From the human T2T-CHM13v2.0 reference genome, Homo sapiens, in assembly GCF_009914755.1 (NCBI RefSeq), contig NC_060932.1: a DNA stretch of 64,000 nt. The stretch is one strand, 5' to 3'. Shown here in pieces: positions 28,096 to 40,227 of the stretch. Position 1 is the stretch's first letter. The number at the start of each line of letters is the position of its first letter. Under the pieces are notes generated by a model that was not told the origin of the DNA, did no database searches, and was given only the letters and a program-made list of their open reading frames with translations. Made by a program: the position numbers and the translations under genes.

Positions 28096-28759
28096 AATAG
28101 CTCAAGCCCAGATATAGATTTTACTCAGAGCATGCAGCAGAAAAGGAAAATATAACCTTTATGATAAGGATCCTGTTGTTATCTTCCTTTCATTTGCAAT
28201 GTTGTCTTTCAACTGAGAGATTCAATGTCCATGTTGATAACTCATTTAATAATCTAGCCTTGAACTTCCTGGATATTCTCCCCCATATGTGAAATTTTTC
28301 ACTTTTGATCTACTTCAATCATCTCCTTCTACTTTTTAAATCTTAAGTTCCAATAGTCCACCTGTGATCATAAACTTCTTGCCTTCTAGTTTCCTTACTT
28401 TCATTTCACCTGGAAACTCAAGGCATGGGGAGTCTCACTGGGATCTGAGTCAGGGTTCAGGAAACCAAGGCATCAAATTAAGAGGCAGAACATCTGCACC
28501 TGTCAAGGGCCAGGGATATAAAAGGGCATGGGTGTTCAGGATGTCCAAGAGCAAAACTTGGATACCAGAATGGGGTCAAACCAACAATTTTAACCCAAAT
28601 GGATACAGATACAGGGGCAGACAAGACACAGCATCAAAACCAAGGGAGTATGGTCAGGCAGACAGAAACTGGAAGACTCACATAAGGGGCCAGAGATAAT
28701 TATTAGTGATTTTCATTGCTCCTCCAAGCCATTTACAAACTACTGAAATGGGTAGAGGG

Positions 28760-29700
28760 AAGGGAACAGGGGTGGAACTGGAGTTCTTGGAAACCCAGAG
28801 CCACCTCTTACCAATTATGATGACCTGGCTTCTGACTCTACCATCTCACCAGATCTGCCTCTTGCCAATGATGTCCTTCAATCCAGTTCCAATAGGCAGC
28901 TATCAGTCTTCATCTTCCTGGGCCTCTTGTCTCCATTTGACTTTGCTGATGGCCCCTTCCTTCTTAAAATGCCATACTCTAGGCTTCTGTGACACCACAT
29001 TCCCTAGTTCTCTTCTGACAACTTTGACTGTTTCTTCTCTGTCTCTGCCAAGGAATACGAATCTTTCACCTTCCAACTTGTGCTCCTCAAGGTCTGCTTG
29101 TGTCTTCTTGTTCCTTAATTTTACAGATTCTCAACAGTGATCTCTTTCACTGCCATGTCTTCTACTAACACCAAAATTCTCGTGACTATGAATACCAAAT
29201 TCACATCCCTTGCACAGTTCTTTTATGCCTGAGTTTCAGAAATGTGTGATCACTCTCCCTGGATTTTTCCCAGACACTTCAAGCTCCACATGTCCCAAAG
29301 AGAATTCCTAGTCTTCCTCACACAATCTCCTATTCCAGTACTGCTTATTTTAGTTGGAAGTTCTATCATCCACGCAGTTCCAAGCAAAAAATCTAGAATT
29401 CAAACTTGACTGATTCCTCTCCCTCACTACCCATATCTATCATTTAATTCACTTATTCAACAAACTTTAATCAAGCCCTGTGATTTGCCAGGTATTGTTC
29501 TAATTGTGGGCTAAATTGTGGTAAGTGAAACGGATATAATTTCTATCTTCATTAAGAATATAAACCACTGGCTGACTTTGTCTCTAAAGTGATTTTTTTT
29601 CCCCATCCCTCCTCTTTTTTTTTTTTTTTTTTTTTTTACTAGCAGTAGTTGGCTTGTAATAGATGCTCAATTAATCCTTATTGAATGAATGAATACATGA
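28760..29700. mobile_element. L2 fragments
   Basis: Pyrimidine-rich L2-like body; ctcaattaa..ttgaatgaatgaat end. Confidence 0.55.
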
Positions 29701-32143
29701 GGATGTAACTATCTGAACATCTGCTATCTACATAGCACAGAATATGACACAGCAATTTGATGCCATTAAACATATTTCTAAGCACATATTATGAATGAAT
29801 AGAAGCCAAAACATCTGGCCAATTTAGCTGGAATACCCCCAGTGAAGCATTAGCATGCTTTATCTGTGTTATGCAAACACTCAGATGGTCGGGGCTTCCG
29901 TGGAATTGACTGGGTGTTTTGGCAAAGCATAGGCTCAGCCAGACCAGTCTTGATCTCTTCCAGGGACAAATTATGTCTCTGAATTGCACATATGGCTCAC
30001 TGACTTCTAGAGTTAGGCATAAGTACAAACATTGAATACTTGTGACGGTTTTAATTGGCTCAGTAATTTCCAAAATATTATTGGTGGCACGCGGTTATTC
30101 ATGAATATCAGCACACATTCACTTGCTCTTCAGTCTGAAGGCATCAAAATGAATTCAGATTTTTCGTGCTAAAGATGGCACAGATGGGTTACATCCAGGC
30201 AAAACTTGGGCATTAAAAAAATACACGGTATGGTTAAACAACACTAACAATCTCTAGCTAATAATGACATCTCTTATAATAGGTATTTGGTGACATCAGG
30301 AAATATCTTTAGGAAATCAGCAAATAAATATTTCAAGCATTCCTATACAATTTAACCACATCAATCAACTATAGAATAAAACCAAGAACCTCCACCTCCC
30401 TCTTCTTGGCTCTCAGTTATTAGTAGCAAGTTCATGTACAATACAGATTAGAACATTAAGGAATTATCTTAATTCCTACAATCAGCATAACTGGAGAGAG
30501 ATTTTTCAAAAATAAAGACAAAACAAAAACTAAAACTGAGAGAGAGAACTTTATGCTGAGGTATTCAGGATGAGGCATGCATTTCTTTCTCTTTAAATAA
30601 TCAGCATACAGACCCAAGCTAACAATAGGCAAAAGCAGCAGAGAGGGCACTGTCAGCTGGTCATGCACCCACTCCAGGAAGTATATAACACCATTATTTT
30701 ATAAAACAGCAAACTGTACCATGCACACCAACTCAGAGATGGAAAGAACCTAGGCATTGCAATCAGTTATGACTTGTGTGGGCATAATAATTTTTGGGGG
30801 AAATTAAACACTCACAAAAGAGCTGTCGAAGACCTAAGGGTCAACTCTTGCAAGGCATGCAGCCTAGGTTCAACCTGCAGCTTTTCCCAGTGGAATCTGG
30901 CCCATGCATTTTCTCATAGTTTTTCCCCCACAGATCCAGAAAGAAACCAAAGACAGCCTAGTCTCAGAGTGCCCCATCAAACTTTCAAATGCAGAAAAAA
31001 GAGGGGAGACTTTCAGCATTTTAACCTTTCCATTTAAAATTTTTTTAGGCAGACAGATTTTTCTTATCTATAAGTTAATGAGAAATGTTGAGGTCTATGG
31101 AATTTAAAAATTAACCCTTATATGTCTTCATAAAACTCCAGACACTATTGGCTGGGTACTTCATGGTACTCTCAGCTTCTGCTTGGTCGAGGATCTTATC
31201 AGAAACTGTCAGATAACTGTCAGATAAGTGTTATATATTGGCTATTTTTATTTCTTTCTCTAAAAATGTATAGTACAGTCACATCATTGAACTTATGTGA
31301 ATTCAACTAAATGTGCTGTGTCTAAGAGGTTAAAGGGAAAATCCATATTAGAGCAGGTAATTTTGCCATGGCTCCAAGCAAGCATTCTGGGAGAACAGAA
31401 TCTCTGTGTCCACCTTGGTTCTCGACCTGGCTCAGCCTCAGTTCTCTAAGTGCCTCTTGGAGTCTGAGCATCTCATTGGGTTTACTGTGATTTCAATATT
31501 TGAATAAATAATTTAAAAAGAATTTTGGTTATTGGTGATCTACTCCTTATGTACTGACTTAGTAGCCCTGTCCTTCATAGAAGATGCAAATCCATGCTAT
31601 ATAAAAATAGAATCATGTGGGTGGCTTTGAAATTGCATGCTCCTCCTGAACTCCCTAACTCTAGGCATCACTTGGTGCTCCTTTCCTATTTCCAAATCAG
31701 CAGTGCCCCCCTGATTTTGAATCTCAGAGGGTGACACAGAACTGATGATGGCCAGCTACCGAAAAAGGGGCATTCCCATGTACTTGATCCTCCCCTTTAG
31801 TTTAATAACAGAGGGTTTATTTTTTCCAACATGAGTGGTTTTTTTTTTTTTTGGTAAAATTACAATTCAGCTTCACATAATATTTATTTTTAGCTAGGTT
31901 ACAAAAAAAAAAAAGAGAGAGAGAGAGGGTGTTAGGAACCCTCTGGCATTTCTGGCATTTCCTGAAATTGCATACGAGGTTAATTCTGTCCTGAGGAGAC
32001 AGAGAGATAGTTTGATCATTTGCAATTATGGTGTTCATTGGAGAAAAGGTTAAAGATGAATCAGTTTTCTCTGAGGTGTCTGGATTGGAGATGCACACGA
32101 GCATGCATTCATGGCCAAGCAGAAGGAGGAAGAGAGGACTTAC

Positions 32144-32414
32144 ATTCTGTTTCCCCACGATATTATCAAAGGGCAGTTCAGGGCTCCAGGATCCTTCAGT
32201 GAATGTGGCCCCACTGTTTCTCCGGTCTGAGGAGCTCACTGACTCCTTGACGATATCTTCAGGCAAGGACAGCAGACTGTCCTCAGGCTGCTTAATTAAG
32301 TAAGTTTCGATATTATGCTTCCTCAGGAATTCATTCCTCTCTTTACCATGGCCCTCTTCCACGTTATAGTCACCGTTGAGACAGTCCAGCGTGGCTTTGG
32401 AAATGTGAATCCTC
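32144..32414 (-). CDS. ADCY8: ADCY8 coding exon (probably exon 7): [23 protein letters not shown]...[14 protein letters not shown]
   Basis: 271 nt; acceptor cacAG|GAGG, donor AAT|GTAAGT; 1 nt plus 90 codons; joins the previous exon in frame to give GGIPG-RIHIS. Confidence 0.97.
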
Positions 32415-33967
32415 CTGTGTGTAGAAGGCATAGGTCATTACACGCTCCTGATGTTGCCTGCAAAGGCTATATTTTTTTGACCTGTACAAAACCAACACCA
32501 GGTTACACAAGGGTATTATTAGGACATGTCCTCAGGGACAATACTTGTCTTCCTAAAAAGTAGAAAGAATAAAAGAAAATAGAAGCATAAATTCATGAGC
32601 ACAGTATCACGGACATCGTCCCAAGAGACACTGCTGCCTCTGATAAAATACAGCCCTTCTGAGCCACACCTAAGCACATCTTTTGGCTTTTCTTATGATT
32701 GTCAGCCTGATCCCAGCAAACTTTACAAAACAGTGATTTTTTTTTCAGTCGTGTTGATTATATTGGAAAAACAAGTGCTGCAAATGTTTCTGAACCCCAG
32801 TGGCAATCATTATCCAAATCACCATGCAAAAACAGTTCTTTCTTCGTCTTGGAACCTGTCCTATCATTTCAATCTTCATGTATTTGTAACTTGTTTCTCC
32901 AACTTGTCTATATTCTTCTCAAGGGTGATTCTGATAAGTCCATAGGGCTGCACTGAGGGTCCTTTGGGAAAACCACTGTAGGGTACAATTTCCCCTATAA
33001 CATGTATATTATAAGGAGCAAAGAACAAAGCTGTGGACATGTGCAGGCTGGCAGCTGGCTGGGCTCACTCACAAGTGAAGTGACTCATGGCTGCACAATT
33101 GTCAGCCACTGTGGCTCATGACTCAGGCTTCTTTTTTAGCAAAATAACATATGACATCAGGGCCTTGAGGATCAAACTTGATTCATGGAAATTTCACATG
33201 GTAAATTCTTCTGGGGAAGAGTTTTTCTGTCCTCGTAACTGTCTAACTCAATCATACTACTTATTGCGTTATAGTGTGGTCTGGGTAGACTAGCAAGGTA
33301 AGGTGGTTACAAACATGGACTTCATTGCTAGATCTCCTAGATTCAAACCGTAGCTCTGCCACTTGCCAGCTGAGAGATCTTGGGCAAATTACTTAGCCTT
33401 TCTATCAGTCCATTTTCTTACCCATAATATGGGAAACATAATAACACCTATCTCTGACTATTATTGTGATTATTCTACGAGTTGATTTGTGTAAGGTAGT
33501 CAAAACAGTGCATGGTACAACATATACACTATAAAAGCAAATATGTAAGTTATTAAGAGTATTCTAAAAAATGCCATTGTCATCATATTACTGTTGTGTA
33601 TTCCATGCCTTCTCAAGGCTTGCAGAAGACTATTGTCAGGCCTTCTGAATAAGGCCTCCAAGCTTTCATTCTCTGGCTCTGTCACTTCAAAGCTCATTTT
33701 CTGACACTCCTCTAATATAGCTCTCCTACGCTCTCTCCAGCTATTCAAGTAATTGGCAATTCTCCAGATTCAACGTACTATTTGGTGCTTACTAACAATT
33801 TCCTACTGTCCAATTCTGCTCAAAAGTCATCTTCCTAAGTTTACTTTAGTGTTCATTTGAATGAAAGAATGCTTAATATTTTGATTGGCTTTTGGAATGC
33901 TAAGAACAATATATCCAAGTAAACAGAAAAGTTTTTAAAAAAAATTTAGAGTGGCTTTTAAAAATGC

Positions 33968-34262
33968 ACTGTAGTGGCTCATGCTGAGGAAGCCGAGACT
34001 GGTGAATTGCTGGAGCTCAGGAGTTTGAGACCAGCCTGGGCAACATGACAAAACACCATCTCTACAAAAAAATACAAAAGTTAGCTGGGCGTGGTGGTGC
34101 ATGCCTGTAGTCCCAGCTACTTGAGAGGCTGAGGTGGGAAGATCGCTTGAGCCCAGACAGTTGAAGCTATAGTGAGCCGAGATCATGCCACTGCACTTCA
34201 TTCTGGAGGACAAAGTGAGACCCTGTCTTAGAAAAAATAAATAAATTCATTAATTAAATAAA
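33968..34262 (+). mobile_element. AluJ with deleted/degenerate 5' part
   Basis: J-type diagnostics (gggaagatcgcttgagccc; cagcctgggcaacat); (TAAA)n tail. Confidence 0.88.
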
Positions 34263-35507
34263 ATGCAGTTTACTTTTAGTATTAGCTCTGCTACTCCCTC
34301 TCATCCTTCTAACCCATTCTGCTAAATCCCTCCTTACAGAAAGAATAGTTCATTGCAAAGAACATGTGAAAAACCAGAAACTACAAACAAATCATTTCTG
34401 ATACTTCATGTTCTCCACATCTTCCACATAAATATCTTGATTGATTTCAAGTGCAAGATGTTAAAAATAAATGTGTGAAAGATGTTTTCACTCTCTTGAG
34501 AAATGTGCTGAATAAATACAAAATATTCCCAAGATGCATTTTGTTAATACACATGAACTCAATAATATTGACCTGGGAGAATAACAGATCGTTTGACCTT
34601 CCATGAAATGGAAGTCCCCATCCGCTTTCTCAGATGAATCTGAGTTAAGACTGGAAGCTTACCTTTTCTCCTAGACAAAATGAACCTGGTAGGAGGGTTT
34701 TCTAAAGTACCATGGTTGATTTTCTTTTAAGATAATTAAGTTACATATCAACCCCTTTTAGCATTTCTCTGGATTCTATTTTTATTATTCTGCTGTCAGT
34801 ATGCAAGGGGACAAATACTTCCATGTATTAAATCAATATTATGTTTTCACTAGTGAAAGAGATCCTTGCCTTCACTGATTCTTCTGCTGAAGTGCTAATC
34901 AATATGCACTTAAATGTTTTGGTAGAAACTGGGTTTTAGATGTTTCTTTTCATCCTTGTTACTAACTTGAGCTTTGGGGTAAGACATTTGCAGATGAGAT
35001 TCTGAAGATTGCATTTCTTTCTAAGGAAATGTGTCAGTTTTCAGGCATTTCTTTCTAAGGAAATGAGTCAAGTAAACTTGGCATTTTCTGATAAATTTTA
35101 ATGCTAGGATATAATAAAAGTAGTCATGATACTAAATTAAGACCTAACAATTGTGTAACTCTTGTTTTGCATAAATGTTATCTAGTAGCCAAAGGTGTTA
35201 CTGTGTGCCCCATGGATTATCTCATATAATTTCCGTTCTTTCAACAACCTTAGGTATTAGACATTTCTTTGTCTCCTTTTGCAGATGCTGAAACTGGCCC
35301 AGAAGTAACAAGTACATATTTGGCCCCAAATCATATTAGTGGTTAGTGGCAGTGCTGGATTGAGACAAGAACTTTTACTTTCAGCGTCTCTCTACCACCC
35401 TGGAACTGTATTATATGGTAACTACTACCAGCACAACCACAATAAATATTTACTGAGTACAGGACAAAGGACTTTATATGCATTATTTCATTTAACACAA
35501 GTTCAAA

Positions 35508-35682
35508 AATGGTGATCTTCATGGTGTGGTACTAAGGCCAGCAGTTCCTACCAGGAACTGGTAGAAAGCATCATCTTGAGTTCCATGCCAGACATACTGA
35601 ACCAGAAACTCGGCAGTGGGGCCCAGCAAGCTATGGTTTAATAAACTCTCGGGTAATTCCAAGGCTGAGGTTTGAGAACCGT
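35508..35682. mobile_element. MER5A-like hAT MITE
   Basis: ccagacatactgaaccagaaactc..gtggggcccagcaa..gtttgagaacc. Confidence 0.7.
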
Positions 35683-36084
35683 TCTTCTAGAAACCCAAGG
35701 CTCAGTGGTGTTAAAGAAGAAGACAATAAAAAAGTGGAAAAATATAAAACAATATCAAACCATGGTGAGTCTGGGGTCCCGTTTTGACATTCCTGCATTT
35801 TGCACATTGACAACATGCCATGGCTAAGCAGAGATGGATACTGAATAGAAGACTAGACTACGTGCTTTATAAGCACTATCATATTTGAAACTACATTTTT
35901 AAGGCGGATAATGTTTTCAGTCCAAAATTACAGTGAAGAAACTGGGAAGGGCATGAAGTACTTGCCACAATCTTCCAGACTTCATAACTGGTAAGTAGTA
36001 AACCCACGGTTCAGACTCATGACTCATGATATGAAAAATAAGGGTGTGAAAGATGATTTAAACTCAGTCACTTTTCTGTTTCTT

Positions 36085-36484
36085 TTTACAAATTATTTTA
36101 TTCGTTTCTTTCCTTTTTCAACTTTTATTTTAGAATCAGGTGGTATATGTGCAGCTTTGTTACAAAGCATATTGTATGATGCTGAGGTTCGGGGTAAGAA
36201 GGAACCCTCACACAGGTAGTGAACATACTACCCAACAGGTAGTTTCTCGTCCCTTGTCCCACTCTCTCCCTTCTCCCTCTAGCAGGCCCCAGTGTCTATT
36301 CTCGTCTTTATGTCCATATGTACTCAATGTTTAGCTCCCACTTAGAAGTGAGAACATGTGGTGTTGGGTTTTCTGTTTCTGCATTATTTAAATTAAGATA
36401 ATTTCTTTCAGCTGCATCCATGTTGCTGCAAAGGACATGATGTCATTCCTTTTTATGGCTTTGTAGTATTGCATGGTGATGTGC
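36085..36484 (-). mobile_element. Old L1 (L1PB or late L1PA) 3' end
   Basis: tttagctcccacttagaagtgagaacatg..gctgcatccatgttgctgcaaaggacatga; flanked by a 31-bp direct repeat. Confidence 0.88.
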
Positions 36485-37354
36485 TGATTTAAACTTGGTC
36501 ACTCTTCTGTTTCTTAATGTTATTGAGAACAATAGCTAAACTGGCTTCCAGATATCAAAGCAGTATCTTACAAATCCCCAAAGCATCCTCTAAGGTTTGC
36601 AAAAGGAATCTATTGAGTATATGGGCAATTCCCCATTTGGTGATGCTTTTAAGATACAGTCCTGGAAACACAGATGAATTGGCTAACTTGTTTGTCTAAA
36701 TTCAGCAGGTAGTTACTTGTGGGAAAATCCTAAAGAATGGAAAGATTTAAGAAACCCAGCAGTGACACATCAGACCTTCCTCAATTCTAAACCTGTCTGG
36801 CAAACAGCCATGACACACCACATAGAGTGAAGGATCCCCATAAGAATAGTAACTGACCTGGGGTGTCCCTGCACAGTGTACAAAAAAAAGCGCTTCATAC
36901 CCATTGCCTGAGATAATCTTCAGAGGAGACCTGTGAGGTGGATTATGCCATTATAGCAGATGAGAGAACAAACTCTCATGGAGGAGGAAAATAAGTTCAC
37001 AAGGTAGCAAATCATAAGTAGTATTATCTCTCTTCCTGCAGTGAAGAAAGTTGGACTCAGAAGTTAAGCACTGGCCTGAGATCACACAGGTAGAGTGATG
37101 CAAGCCAAGTTCACACTAAAATCACACGCCAGGTGCTGTGCATGCTTTACATAACTTGCTGAAGATAATAGAGTTTAGCAAGGGGCAGAGTGGGAATCCT
37201 AGTTACTCTGATTCCACCTCTTGTTGTCTGTTTCCCCCATGATAACATATTACTTGATATTAAACATAGTTTGCAAGGAGTGATGGCACATACCAGAGAA
37301 ATCTGTGACTCCAAGGGCAGTTCTAGGGGGTAGGAAAAGGAATATGTGGAAGTG

Positions 37355-37386
<32 letters not shown>

Positions 37387-37426
37387 ATCTCCATCCATCC
37401 ATCCATCCATCCATCCATCCATCCAT
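37355..37426. repeat. (CT)n plus (CCAT)n microsatellite
   Basis: Directly visible. Confidence 0.95.
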
Positions 37427-38070
37427 CATCTTTAAGAAAGAGAGGCTGCAGAAAATCACACTGGCTCACATATATCTGAGATCTTATTAGGTCCAATCTG
37501 TGTAAACAGAATCTTGATACAACTTTTCAAGACTTACATTAGTTGCAGTGGCCTTTGCAGACCACTAGCACCTTTGGGGATCCTATGTCAACCAACCTTG
37601 ACAGCCAAATTTGAAATGTTGAGTTTCTAAGGAAGAGCCTGATTTCCTCACTGAGTCCTAGATCATGCATGGAAAGTCAGTAGGTCTTAATCCTGGCTGC
37701 CCATTACAATTCACTGAAGAACTTAAAATAGATTCTGCACAGATTCTGCTTTAAATAAACTGGCATGGGGTCTGGACACTAGTATTTTTTAAATGTTCCT
37801 TTGGAGATTCGAATGTGCAGCCAAGTCTAAGGACCAATGCTGTGCAGGGCAGAGACCCGAACACCTCAGTGTTATTCCACATCCTTGTTGCCTCTGATGC
37901 ATTTTACTAGATTTTGGAAGCTAATAGTTGTATGATGTTTCAGTGTCTGGTCTCCTTCCAAATAATTGCTTCCTAGATCTAACCCTGAATTTCTGTACAC
38001 AGGAAACCCACTGTCACAAAATAAGCCAATGACAACCGTTAAGCATGAAAAGGGCTTTGCTTTATCTTAC

Positions 38071-38229
38071 CCGGGGATTCCTCCAGATTCGAGTTTGTTT
38101 GCAATATCCACATCCCAAGACCAGACATCAAACTGCCACTTCCTTAGTCCCAAAACACCGCACAGCACCGAGCCGGAGTGGATTCCAATCCTCATGTCAA
38201 CATCGTGTTTTGTCCTTGACCGCACATAC
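38071..38229 (-). CDS. ADCY8: Adenylate cyclase 8 coding exon (probably exon 6), C1a catalytic domain: (R)[52 protein letters not shown](G)
   Basis: 159 nt; acceptor caacAG|GTATGT, donor CCCGG|GTAAGA; phase 2/2; class III cyclase motifs MRIGIHSG and [17 protein letters not shown]. Confidence 0.97.
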
Positions 38230-38298
38230 CTGTTGACATAGGTAAATGGAGAGACACATGTATAAGACCAGAGTGGGCATCGTTGGCTCTGCACTTTC

Positions 38299-38498
38299 TT
38301 TTCTTTTTTTTTTTTTTTTGAGACGGAGTTTCGCTCTGTCTCCCAGGCTGGAGTGCAATGGAGCTGCAACCTCTGCCTCCCGGGTTCACGCTATTCTCCT
38401 GCCTCAGCCTTGATGGTCTCGATCTCCTGACCTCGTGATCCTCCCGCCTCGGCCTTGCAAAGTGCTGGGATTACAGGCGTGAGCCACCACGCCCGTCC
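38299..38498 (-). mobile_element. Internally deleted AluY/Sc-like element about 70 nt upstream of the exon 6 acceptor
   Basis: CpG-rich; gcctcagcct joined directly to gatggtctcgatc (linker missing); TSD CTCT(G/T)CACTTTC. Confidence 0.9.
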
Positions 38499-38928
38499 AC
38501 CTCTTCACTTTCAATGTCACCCCTTCCATGAAGCCTTCTTAGGTTCTTTAATAACTAGAAAGAGTCTCTGAACATCCTTAGCCTTTTATCTGTACTTTTA
38601 AGGGCTCTTTGAAACCTTCCTCCAAAACCTGCTGTGTAACCTCTGTCTCAGGGAATGGCACCAGCATCTTTTTCTACCCAACATTAACCTGAGATAGATT
38701 ATTGATTTCATACTTCATTACACATTCCATTTCCAACCAAAATGTCAACTGTTTCCTTCTTTCTAGCCCTTCTGTGACTTAGTTCAGACCACCATCATGC
38801 CTGAGTCTGGGATCCCTGCCTCAGCCTTACCTCCTTCCAGCCCATACTGTCATGGTTTCCAGCTGCTCCTTCTAAACACAAATGTGACCTCATTACCCCA
38901 TCACTCTTTTCTGACCTACTACTTAGAG

Positions 38929-40227
38929 CTGTGGTCTCTGAAATAGAGTGTTTACATCCCAGGGCTGAACTGGGTCATCCGTTGAGATGCAGGAGGAAAA
39001 TGTTAGAACTTCCATTCACAGCTTTTGTTACTTATGTTGAAAAGCTTTACCAACATTTGATATATAGATTGATATTGGAAACTTAGGGGATACATGTCTG
39101 GTCATCCTCTGACTGTAAGTATGGAGGAGGCATCTTGAGAAGACAGAAGAATTTCTACCATTGGATGATTTCCTGTAGTCATGAGCGTTCTTTCTTTCAG
39201 AGTATTTTGAACAATTTTAGTTTATGATTAAATGATGTCATTTATGCAGAAAATCAAATGGTAGAAGATAATACTTTGTAGTAGAATTACTAGAAAAACC
39301 TTCATTGCCCCCCAAATGCAATGATTATGTGACTTCAAAATGCTTAAAAGAGTTGTCAGACTTAAAGGTGAGCTATTCATTTGTCTTTGACAGAAGACAA
39401 GTGTTCCAAATTTGCTGATATTTTTGTGATAATAAGTCGCCATTAATATTCCTTCTAGCATATATTTGAAAAAAACACACAAACTTGCTTAATTTATTTC
39501 TTCCAACTCAAGATGATGACTTAAGAATGAGCAAGAAAGTAACTGATTTTTAAAGAAATTGATGCTCTGAAGAAAGCATTTTGAGAATGGAAGTTTGGAA
39601 ATGTTTCCATCTTTTTAAGAATTTTGTTGTAAAACCAAAGTTATGTTATATCATCTATCAAAATTCTTAGAGCTGCACATTTACTAATGTTTAAATATCT
39701 TCTAAATGAAGATTTCTGATGAGGTCAGAACCCATTTATAAGGGCTTAAATCCATTTATGAGATTGGAAAACATTTATAAGATATATGTTTAGCTCTGAT
39801 AGCCACTGAAGCCTGGTATAGAGATAAATTGAACTTAAAACCTGACCTTTACATTACTATATCACAAACTATTAAAAATTTTTTTAAAAAGAATTATGTT
39901 TAAACCCATTGCTCTCTAATAAATGGTGAAAGCAGAAAAGTCTAAATTAAATTGTAATTAATTTAAGATATTTTAAAATTGTAATCAAATTAAAATATTT
40001 AAATTAAATTGGATACTGTAAATTAAAATACTTTAAAGTATTTTTATTTTCTCATTATCCTTTAAAATCCCTATATTATGTATATTTTATGGTATATATT
40101 TTTAAACATATGAATATAATTAAATATAATTAATAGAATAGTTAATAAATATAATTTTATTAGATATGCATATCTTCATATAATTTTATTAATAAAAATA
40201 GGGGATCAAAATATTTAGATACTACTG
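38929..40227 (+). mobile_element. hAT-Charlie DNA transposon fossil with transposase remnants, nested in L2 (approximately 38510-38920 and 40230-40720)
   Basis: Termini C(T)GTGGTCTC... and ...ACTACTG; degenerate peptides LKRVVRLKGELFICL and KLML*RKHFENGSLEMFPS resemble Charlie/Buster transposases. Confidence 0.72.

Noticed and set aside
38230-38369. N-terminal extension of the 100-aa ORF (MQLHCTPAW...)
   Set aside because: Alu and intron sequence upstream of the real acceptor.
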